Below, piece by piece: positions 37,115 through 47,814 of a stretch of 64,000 bases of DNA (its first letter is position 1; every line of letters starts with the position of its first letter). Source of the stretch: Takakia lepidozioides. Lineage: Eukaryota; Plantae; Bryophyta. Under the pieces are notes generated by a model. It saw only the letters and a list, made by a program, of their open reading frames with translations, searched no databases and was not told where the DNA came from. The DNA lies in assembly GCA_030704615.1 (NCBI GenBank), contig CM060731.1, forward strand, positions 80,724,001 to 80,788,000, in the 5' to 3' direction. The position numbers and the translations under genes are program-made.

Positions 37115-37702
37115 GTGGAGTTCGAGTATTGGGGGAGACGGTATGTTGTGAGAGCCGCTACAGACCCTGCTATGGGTCGGGGTTTATTCATGGTCAATGA
37201 TATTGTGGTTCCTCCTCGGAAAAACAACATGGTGGACATGTTTCCCTACTACGGTCCATACTACACCTCCGCGGAGTTCCGTACATTACGCCTCAAAGCC
37301 CCATACATCCTACCCTACATTTTGTGTGTCCACGGACAGGATGTACGTAGACGGGAGTTGTCTCCCATTGAGATCAGATTTTGTGATGGTGACCCCGACA
37401 TCTTCGGCAATGTTGCTGGGCTGGTCAATAGTTCTTTTGGTCATCCTAGGAGAACCAATGTAGTATGGGACGAGCGAAACGATGGGCATGAGAGCTTTTG
37501 TGGTCATACGTCAGTATACTGTGAGGGGATGCACATGTTTGTGATGACATGTGCTAGTAGGACTATTAGGGCTAGCAGCGAACTATTTGCATCATACGAG
37601 TTCTCCCGGGATGATTGGGACCTCCGATTACAACGTGAGTGGGATGTGTATGATAGAAATAGGGTTCCTTTGAGACAGGGATCGCGTAGAGGGGCATTGT
37701 AG
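37115..37702 (+). CDS. SET-domain (lysine methyltransferase-like) ORF carried by a CACTA element
   Basis: MGRGLF (GxGLF), FPYYGP, CDGDP..FGNVAGLVNSS (equivalent to RFINHS), ASRTIRASSELFASY (equivalent to I..GEEL..DY). The domain is uninterrupted; the upstream Pro-rich linker is frameshifted. Confidence 0.72.
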   Translation: MEFEYWGRRYVVRAATDPAMGRGLFMVNDIVVPPRKNNMVDMFPYYGPYYTSAEFRTLRLKAPYILPYILCVHGQDVRRRELSPIEIRFCDGDPDIFGNVAGLVNSSFGHPRRTNVVWDERNDGHESFCGHTSVYCEGMHMFVMTCASRTIRASSELFASYEFSRDDWDLRLQREWDVYDRNRVPLRQGSRRGAL

Positions 37703-38323
37703 ATATTCTCATGATGTACTTTGTATACATCCGATTAATCGATTGTTGTAAATTTTTTTCTTGTTGCTCGTGTGGGTTGCAACTTTGCATATGTGATCTA
37801 ACACATACTTATGCACATGTGGACCAAATCTGAGCTTGAACCAAGTTGATTCAATGGGTCATTCTAGTGTTGAACGCAGCTACGTGTCATAGAGACGGAA
37901 AATTGCGTTTCGCCTGCAGATGATTTTTTTTTTAATTCCATTTTCAAGCCATATGCTTAATGATAGCATATGCAATGTGCGTGCAAAATTTGAGAGTAAA
38001 CAAAAGTCATTTGGACCCATAACCAGATTTTGTTCTCTCATTTGCACTCCAAAGTTGAATTATCTTCAACTTCATGCACTCTTCAGAGAGAGTTCTGCAA
38101 AAGTGACCCTAGAAACACACTTATTTTTGTCCATTTTTTTTGCATGGATGTAGTGGTGCAAAGCCCAATGTCACAGAACAAAATAGAGCTAAAAATAAAA
38201 TCATTACGCCCCTCAAAACCGCAATCATATATTTTCTAAATGCAAATATTTATTTTAAACTCATTTAAATTCGATTTAATTCAAAATTGGTGCAAGGGTG
38301 AGTGTGTCGTTGGGGAGGCAAAT

Positions 38324-38354
<31 letters not shown>

Positions 38355-38704
38355 CCCTCTGCTGGATCTTTGTACAGGTGTTGCACACATATTAAACACA
38401 TGTAGGAAAAAATGAAGCTTAAACCACATCCGTTTGTTGGATGCAATGGCATGAAAGGATTTTCTTTCACATTAATAAACAAAAATTGGTTGATAGGGTG
38501 AATGCGTCATTGGGGGGGCAAATGATTTTGTTTGGGTTTGAAACTTTGCATGCGTGTACGTTGCACACATACATGTAATTATTGAATGACATATTTGATG
38601 CACGCACACATTGAAGGTTGTTGTTTGCATTTCGCTTATAATGAAGTGTATGGTTGCAAAGACACATTATAATATATGTCCCTATGTTCATTTGTTCGTA
38701 TCAG

Positions 38705-41516
38705 GACTTTGTCCATCCCTTCCCGGTCCTTTCTCTTGGCACCCCATCCGAAAACAACCCAAGTACATCAGGCGGGAGCCGTGGGCGAGACGCCGCCCCC
38801 ACGGTACCGGACGATGATGACGATGACAGTGACAGTGACAACAACAATGAGCATGGAATTGACCAGGAGGATGTGCAAGCCATGGAGGATCTCTTAATGC
38901 CTCATGTGGGCGCTGATGCATCCCATGAAGAGGGAATCCGACCAATCGATGATCCTGAAATGGCCCCCTCAAATGACATGGAGAGGGAGGCGAGAACTCC
39001 CTTGTACGAAGGGGCGAAAATGAGTCGACTTTCAACAATATTACTTTTGCTCAATCTTCAAATTCGATTCGGCATAAGTAATGTTGGGATGTCTGCCATA
39101 ATGCGAACTATTGCAGACTATATCCTTGCTCCACACTTGAAACCCAAGATGCCACGGTCGCGGAAAAAGGTGTGCAAAGTCTTGGACTCTGTGGGGATGG
39201 GCTATAAGATTTTTCATGCATGTCCATGTGATAAAACCCTATACTACGGAGAAGATTCGCGTCTCACCAAGTGCCCAAAGTGCAAGAAAGACCGATATCG
39301 GGATGATGTCCAAGGGAAAAAAGTACCACGCAAGGTATAAACGCCATTCCTCCTCGCATGGAGATTATTTTATTTAATCTTCTCAATGTATGTAAAGTGT
39401 ATTCCACAAAGTTTAGGGTTTAGAGAGTAATACTCATGCAAGATCTTATTGTGTTTTTGGAAGGAGTGAGTGAGGAGTGGAAGGAGCGACGTTCGGTTTT
39501 GACCATTCACACCCAAATGAGGGAGAGGCTGCATAAAAGGAAAAACATAAGGGTGTTGTATTATGTGTGCTAATGGGATGATTACATGTGGGGGGCATGA
39601 GGTATTTCATCCTAGAAAATGCATTACTCCCGGGAAAGGTGTGCGGGCCACAAGATTCACAAGCATGGAGGCATATTGAAGAGATGTGGCCTTTTTTCTT
39701 GGAGGACCCACGACATGTCCACCTCGGATTCTCCTCGGATGGGGTCAACCCATTCTCTGTCCAGTCATGTAGTCATTCCACTTGGCCGGTGACCATGGTG
39801 AATTACAACATCCCTCCGTATCTTTCAATTAAAAAAGGCCATATCATGTTGGCTGCCATTGTGCCAGGTGAGTGTACTCATTTCATGTTTATTATTGCCT
39901 TAGACTTTATATTAAACTTCTAATCTCTGACGCAATTCGGATGCAAGATTGATGAGTGATATAATCATGGAGTAAGACGTGTAATTCATTTTGTAGTATA
40001 ATTTGCATATTGGTGGAGCATTGAAACAATGATGTGAATGTCTCATAGGGAAAAAACAAGTGGCAAACATGGACACGTACTTGCGACTTCTTGTTGATGA
40101 ACTTAAGGAGCTATGGAGGGGGGTCCCGACATTGGATGCTTCACTTGACCCTATGGCCGGACAATCTTTTCAGATGTGAGGCATCTTGCTTTGGACAATG
40201 TATGATTATCCAAGTATATTATGTTCCCCATGAACAACCCGCGTACATTCACTTGTCAATGCCGGATAATATCGATGAGGATTGGGATTGATTGAAGTAG
40301 CGGCGACAGTCTTGTGCACCGTAGTGGGGTAGATGACATTATAGGCCATGCACATGACAACTTTTTGTTTTTGCTAATGTGGCGGGATGTGTAGTACAGG
40401 ACTAACTGTTTGCTCGGGGCTAAGCACCAAAGGGTTGCATTATGGCGATGATCTTGATGCACATAGCTTCCGCTATCTTCACAAGATGGTGTATCCCAAC
40501 TACCGCAAATTTCTTCCTATGAGCCATCGATGGAGAAGAAGAGAGAAACACTTGTTTGATGGCAAAGATGAAGTACGTCCCCCCCTATGACACTGTCCGG
40601 GCAGTTTTGGGAGGACCGATGGAAGGAGGCCCATGCGGGCACGGACGGTGAAGTGGACGTGCCTGGCATGAAACGACTTTCAATCTTCTACGAGTTGCCA
40701 TATTGGGCGGTACATATTCCACAAAAACACCGTCAATATCCCTATGCATGCATGTGATATTGCACATTTGGTATGCGTTGCATTGTCACTTTCACGTAAA
40801 TTTTTTTGTATAAGTCTTTGTGGGTGGGGATATATGTAGGACCTGAAGATTCGAGAATATCTGCTTGTCCCTTTTTCAGGTTCTTCATGGCACGTCGACA
40901 AAGAAGGGAGTGGCTGCAAAATGAGATTCTCTCGGTGTTAGAAAGGAGCTTGAGGAGTAGGGTCGCATGCGCCATCTATGGGCCGAACAAAATGGTGTGG
41001 ACCCAAATGGTGTTGTACAGTGGAAGTATAGGCGCGCACCTTGGCAATGGACAAATGAGGAATACAAGAGGCTTTTTTTCATGGCCTTCAGACATGGAGC
41101 AAATTTTCTTCTCCGATGACAAAACAAGAGGGGGGAATTAGAAAGTGGTTGTGCATGCTCAGCCAAGAGGAAGACGTATCTATCATTGTCTCGGATCTCC
41201 AAGGGGTGAGGCAATTGCAGACGGAGAGACTGATCATAATGATCCTGATGATGGAGGTTGGGTAGAGGGGGTAGAAGAAGATGATGACGCCCCGGACAAT
41301 GCATCCTGGACCTTATATGATGAAGCTCCAGAAGATACGGATGTTGGAGAAGGAGACGAAGACACGGCCATTGACAACGAGGTAGAGGATGATTCGGAGG
41401 TGTTTTTTGAGGGCCGGGCCATTTATGACGATGACTCCGATGACTCCGATGACCAAGAAGACTTGCAGCTTGATGAGGATGAAGAAGCTCCGGCTGATGA
41501 TGTTCAAGTTGATTAG
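38705..41516 (+). pseudogene. Degenerate, internally deleted CACTA transposase
   Basis: ARTPLYEG..GYKIFHACPC..CPKC..KVPRK; DSQAWRHIE..DPRHVHLGFSSDGVNPF..STWPV..NYNIPP; FFSWPSDMEQIFFSDD; acidic tail 41145-41516. Confidence 0.85.
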
Positions 41517-42769
41517 ACACAAAATCAAAGCTACATAACAATTCTCGCACCGAACTGGACCCATCCCTTCGATTGATTGTACATGTACATGCATATTGTA
41601 GTTTATTTCTATGATTTATCAAATATGGCTGTGGCTGGTAGTCTTTCAAGAAAGAAGGCACAGACAATGAATATGTTGGAGCAACACATATAGATGTGGT
41701 ATCAAGAGAATTATCAAAATGAATGTCACAATCTACAAGAAGGTCCACAACAACAAGCTAAATCATAAAGAAAAACAAACACCCTACCCCAGTACCATAT
41801 GAAAAAAAAAAAAACTAGAGACCCCCAAAGGCCCTAAACCTAAACCTAGAAAGCCTTGCAATTGCTGCCTGCGACCCCCATGCGTCGCAACCTGCGACGT
41901 GGTTTTTTGGATTTATGAGGCTGGGGTCGCAAACGGCGACGGCCAACCGTCGCCAACTGCGACCTGTTTTTTTGTTTTGAAAGAATGGATTTATGAGGCC
42001 AGGGGTCGCAATTGGCGACGGCACGCCGTCGCAAAATGTGACATGTTTTTTTTTTGTTTTGAAAGAATAGGGCAGCCAGGCTGTTTGCGACGCCCGGCTG
42101 TCGCAGGGGCCTTTTGCCCTTCATGCCACCATGCGACGGCCGGACGTCGCAAAAAAGGGCTGCGATGAAAGAAAGGGCAAGAAAATGATTTTTTTTTTGG
42201 ATGCGGGAAGCAATACCTTCTTTCACATAGGCTTCTCAGTTCGTCCTCTTCCAACAACCCTGTACAAAGCAGCGCGGTCTTTTCTGTTCTCATAACCACT
42301 ATCTTCTATTCTACATATATATGGATTACATAATTCTCCACTTCACCAGCTCTCAAAACAAGCTTTGAAACAAAAACAATGCTAAACTAAAAACTCACAT
42401 CTCGCACTAACGATGCAAGCTGATCTCTCTCGAGTGATATGAAAACTAAACTCACACTGTCTGACGACACAGAAACACGAAATACAACACAATCACTCGT
42501 TAAAATAAGAGTCGAGCCAGGGGCACCCGAAGCTATGGGGACTCCACCCCACAACATCCTATTCTCCCTCCATAAGTACACTCAGATGCTAAGCAACGAG
42601 GGAGCTCGGTAGTGCATGCTCAACTCGAGAGAGATGAGTCGCACGACTGACGAGCTCGTGAAGATAAGATGGTTCAGGTGTCAAGCTAAACTTGACTTGA
42701 ACTAATTCCAAGTGTTAAATACAAATAACTAGATTTATTCTAGTTAGTTTCACACTATGTTTATTTAAC

Positions 42770-43075
42770 TTGACATCAACCTTGTGGCATTTGTGGAAGT
42801 TCCGTTGTAAAAACACCTTCACAGGACAATCCTCCACTCTGCTGGCGAATATTTTCTATGACTTGCAAACTGAGTCAAGAAAGGCGTGGACAAAAACCTG
42901 TGCAGATATCAACAAGAACGGAAGAAATGCAGCAGCTATTCATAGAGCCTTTCAAAACACCTGGGGCAACCGTGGCCTCATCTGCAGCAGCACAACGCAA
43001 GATGAGTGGCTCTGGCCCAATCTTCCTCCTCCAGCGTGGAGAGACCTCCATGTCCCCCTCCACTCGTTCCCCTGA
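42770..43075 (+). mobile_element. Probable 3' remnant of an L1-type LINE ORF2
   Basis: TLWHLWKFRCKNTF resembles the LW.IW..RN...F motif after zf-RVT; ends AFQNTWG..GLIC. Confidence 0.5.
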
Positions 43076-44369
43076 GTTTGAGGTAGACGTAAACTGGAAA
43101 CATCTCAAAGGTTCTTCGAAAGCGGCAAGGCTTAATGAGATCTACTGTTTTTAGTAAGTCAATGGAATCCATTTTGGAAATGTTTCCTCTAGGGTAGTTC
43201 TATTGGCTGTGATGGTGAAGACAATTTTCTGCTTCCAGTCGCTTAGGTATTAAAATGATCTCTGCCAAAGCATAGCTTCATATTAATATGTCTTCTTTCT
43301 TGGGAAGTGTTCCCTGCTGAGGGTTTCATATGGTCCTCCTGGGAGGATGAATGGTTCTTAAAACACTGATTACGGTGTGTGCGCCTTATGGCGTGATCCG
43401 GGGTTTTAATATTTTTCCCCAAAATAATTTATAATAAAAACTATCAGGACTACTACCCCTTTTATTTATAAAAAATAAAATAAAAAATGAACCGCTCATT
43501 TTAGTCTTCCTCAACATGGATGGAACACTGCCCTTTTGACTATCATTACCGTTGGTGTTAGAGGGGAGCACATTCCCACAACACTCAAATCCTCAAATCC
43601 TCAAATGTTTGTTAAAACACACCACCCTACTCCTATGCATCCTACACTTCAGAGCTATCACGTCACTTACAGCCTTAATCATCAACAAAAGAAAGATTGA
43701 AAGTGGCCAGCTTGCCACTACTTAATTGGTTTTAGTGTTGATAGAGCCCCACCCCCCATAGGGGCTGGACCTATACAGAGAAGAGGCTCTTATTTATGCT
43801 AGCACCAATTGGCGTTATATATATATATATGGTAATCTCCCTACATGGGTGAAATCCCTTCGCCCGCGAGACCGCAGGGTCAAATTCTTCTTTGACATCA
43901 CCTTCCAACGGAAAGTCATAATCCTTCGGGATGAAGCTGAGCACAAGTACGCTTCCTTCTTGGCAGGGCCAGTGGATCACCTGGAGCGCAAAAATCATGT
44001 CATTGAGAAAAGTACAGTCAAGTTTTGCAGGCCCATCAAAATGCTTCCCTTTTCTTCCTAGGGGCCCACCGAAAACCTTTTATTTAAGAGGGGTGATTAG
44101 AAAGAAGGTTGACACATTTTAAGGACCGACACTTCCATCTTGGGAGTGGTTCCTTTGCGCTGCGGGGAGTGTGCCCCCATGCAACCTCAGGCTGGCCCTA
44201 CTATCTATTTGAGAAAAAATTCAAACTGTAAGGATTATAGCCATAGGTATGTCAGGAAAATAGACGCAACCTGGAAAAGATCAGGGCCAATATGTACCCC
44301 AAACGCCCGAAAAATCAAATCAGCTAGAGGCGAGCCCTTAAGCGGCTGTCCGAATAGAAGTGGCAGCGT

Positions 44370-45070
44370 GCATTGGGCCCACATGGCCACTGCATGCCCC
44401 TTCAAAGTGGCTATTGCATGTGGGGCGCACATGGCTATTGCATGCAACATCTAGCAAGCTGACTCAGCTCAACTAGCGTGGCTATTTGCATTGGGCCCAC
44501 ATGGCTATTGCATGCCCCTTAAAGTGGCTATAGCATGCGGGGCCCACATGGAATCCATGCCAAGGAATGCTAGGGAAGGTTCCAGAATGGAGGTGATTTT
44601 CGCAAGGTATAGCCCAAAGTGGGAGCCGAGGCAAGGACCAAAGGGTGCAGGAGGATCGAGGGTTCCAGTAGGGTGGGTGATTTCAAGGTGCGGGAGGAGT
44701 GGGCCCAGGTCTACGTGCATACCGCAGACAAGGAGATGGAAGGATTTTGGAAGACTGTGGTTTACTTGGGGCGGAAGGGTTGCTTGGTGCTATGCTCATC
44801 CGCACGACATGACTTGAGGGATGTACTGTGAATAAGTGGCGTACCAGTTACTACTGATCCACGGGTGAGGTCTGTAGTCCCCTTGCTTATTACATGCGCT
44901 GTAAAGACTGTTGATGTAACAACGAACCGATGAGGTTTTATGCCGACTTGTATTATTATTATGTCATGCTCTCCGTATTGAAGGCTAAATTTTCTGCTCA
45001 AAATTACATCTCCAACGCACTTGGCTGTATTCCATTGTGACTCGATACGCCTCTACACCAAATTTATATG
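44370..45070. repeat. Unclassified dispersed repeat with a small internal tandem; second diverged copy at ~48560-49080
   Basis: gctagggaaggttc.aga.tggagg and ccgtatt.aaggct.aa.tt.tgctc.aaattacatctcc occur collinearly at both sites; gcattgggcccacatggc is duplicated at ~44370 and ~44488. Confidence 0.65.
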
Positions 45071-46962
45071 ACATTCGAAAGAGAATATGTACCCCAATAT
45101 AGGGCCAATATCCGCAGTGTTCAACCCGCGACAAACTACCGACCATCCCTGCCCAGTGCCTACTTCGCACCAGCATACATATATATATTTATAATTCATC
45201 CGTACTTCATCCTCGTTTGTGGAATGAACTCGTATCCAACGGATGATAGAAATCCAAGTGAGAGACTAACGGCATCTGAGCGAGAGCACGTGCGTGCCCA
45301 TCGCTTCGCGCGTGCTGCCAGCCATGGGTTGCCTTTAATAGCTCCCATGGCATGGGACTCGTGCCGTGCTCGATCCGTCCTCATTACATGGCCCTCACGT
45401 GGGCGACGGAAGCTTGCGCCTCTATCCACTCCTCTGCCGCCATGCCTTGCGTAGAGAATTTGGGCCTGCAAACCCCCATATTATATCATACGAAACTGGG
45501 ATGTACATATGCTGCCTGCCCATTCCTGTTGTGATAAGTTTGCCATTTATAGCAGTTTTACATTTATAGACAGATTTGGAGTATTATACTGGGGTTTAAT
45601 CAGGCAGTGTGTGGTGTTGTGTGTGGTTTCGTGGCATTCTCCTGTCTGCACTTTGCTCCTAAATGAAAGGGGATTGTTAAGTAGTGCCTGGGCCCTGAGT
45701 TGTGAGCTGTCGCTCGCTCCAGGTTATATATACATTTTGGAAAAGGAAAACAGGAAACGTCTTGTTGGTAAGTATGTAAAGTGAAGGCTTATAGTCAATA
45801 ATATCTGTAGTGTAAGATGCTGATTTGGTGCAATCTCTAAGATAAAAAGGAAAAGAAAAATTCCCTGAAGAGGGAGCTTTATTGGCCTTGCCTTCCCAAG
45901 GCAGGACTACGCAAAGGGTTTTTGTGGGTTGAGAACTTTTCACAGAGCCATTCAACATTTGACAGATGTTGGATGAGTTATTTGGATGAACTCTTCAGTT
46001 TTCATTCATATGCTTCTCGCTCATTGCCAGATAGCAGTAGAGGTCGATTTTCTCATTTTCCAATCCATTCATAAGTACAACATTTACTGGCAGGACTCTG
46101 CAAAGGGGTTTTGATTCTTATTAGCACCTATACTCTTGATTAAGTTTCGGGTTAGTTAAAGTAAGGTGTAGCTGGAATATTTCATCCATGCTTATAGATG
46201 GATGAAATATGTAAACAGGATGTAGTTCAGCGGATAAGTTAAGTGGCAGATCCAAGGTCATGGAATGTTCCAGGAAAGTGTAGGCACTGGGTCATCTTCC
46301 AGAATTTTACAACTCATTCATAATTGCAATGCATTGCATGCATTTGTTATTAATCATAACATGATGTCGTTGTACATGACAGTAAAATGTCACTAACATG
46401 CCCTGACAAAAATAACTCAAGGACATAAAATGCCAACCGTCTTAAGCAAATAAGACAATAGCAGGCGCTGGGTACATAAACCATGTCGAAACTCGAAACG
46501 TAAAACGAAAAAAACGAAAAAAAAAAAAAAACGTAAGATGTCGACCTATGGTCTGGAGTGAGGGATGGGATGTAACAAGATAGGTTGCTCCAATGTTGGA
46601 CAGGTATTTAAATTCAATAATACCTTCGAGTTCCAGGTAGAAAATATACTTTTGGAATTACTCTTACCCTTCTTATAGGATATTGAATGGTTGATATTCA
46701 AATTTAATTGGAGATTCTGTCTCTCTTGTTTTCAAAAGGCTGGTTCTAAGTTATGTACTCTGGGTACAGTTCTATTATATATAACCTGTTCATTCTGGAT
46801 CTCAGTAGTACGTCACTTTGGAAAACATATTAACTACGTATCGATATAAACATTGCATTATATATTCATATAAATAATGCTCTGTGTTTGCTCAATTATG
46901 ACTAATGTCTATATATACTGATGATACCTATGCCTATTCTCAATCTGGATATCTTTCAAGTG

Positions 46963-47814
46963 CCGTACTTACCTAGCATATTAGGCACTTCTGTGCCTAA
47001 TAATTAATAAAAATGGAATATTATTAGGCAGATTCGTTTTTATTATTTAGGCACCTCACCTAGGTCATTTCCAAACATTAGGCATGTATTACAGTCGACC
47101 CTGGATAAATTTTACCTGCTTTCTTGTTATGTCACCTTTAATGTTATGAAATTTTTGCTCTGTAAAAATTTACACTTGAAAATGGCATGACTAGAGCGTT
47201 ATTTGATATGTGTTATGATAATATGGCTCTCCTCTCCATAGTTGTTAGATATTATGCTGAGCCTTAATATAGTTGGTGGTGAGAAAACATTCATCTACTC
47301 TTATCAAGGATCTACGGTTCTTATCCAAAGGCACCACGTCCATAACAAATTAACATAATGAACAATTGTTTTTGACGTCCCTCAAAAACTATTGTTGAGG
47401 TAATTTTCTTTTTAGAAAAACATAATGGTTTCGAAAATAGATATTCCGAGTTTTTTGAGGACGTCAAAAACAATTGTTGAGGTAATTTTCTTTTAAGGAT
47501 ATGGATGATGATGTTCCTCACCTTAACATTCTCTCAGATTCTCTCAGATTCACATGAGATAGGTGATCAGACTTATGAAGATGTAGTTGCATCAATTTTC
47601 GAAGTTGTGTGGACATGAAATTTTAAATTATTATTTTTGGACTTTAAACAATACAATTTTCTGCATATTTGGACATTTTGGTTTTTCACAATTTTCGAGC
47701 AATTAGGCACTTCTGCGTAAATTTTTCCAAGTTTTAGGCACATTTTCCAAAAATGTTCTAAATTTAATTAGGCACATGATTTTGAATTAATTATTGCTTA
47801 ATAAGCTAGTACGG
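46963..47814. mobile_element. Putative Tc1/mariner (pogo-like) MITE
   Basis: Ends CCGTACT..CTAGCATATTAGGCA and TGCTTAATAAGCTAGTACGG followed by TA (left flank is TG); AT-rich interior with recurring TTAGGCAC. Confidence 0.5.

Larger units (their letters stand above)
35341..42165 (+). mobile_element. CACTA-like element with SET-domain cargo and degenerate transposase; right TIR not found
   Basis: Left end CACTTAGGGAAAAAAAAAAAGCG; long inverted subterminal regions of GCGACG/CGTCGC motifs (35341-35700 vs 41770-42165, e.g. ttcatatggtactgggttagggtgtttg vs caaacaccctaccccagtaccatatgaa); Transposase_21 relics inside. Confidence 0.8.

Noticed and set aside
40885-41748. 287-aa His/Leu-rich minus-strand ORF
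   Set aside because: Antisense of the acidic transposase tail.
43771-44350. Short ORFs that might be a gene relic
   Set aside because: No motif recognised in any frame.
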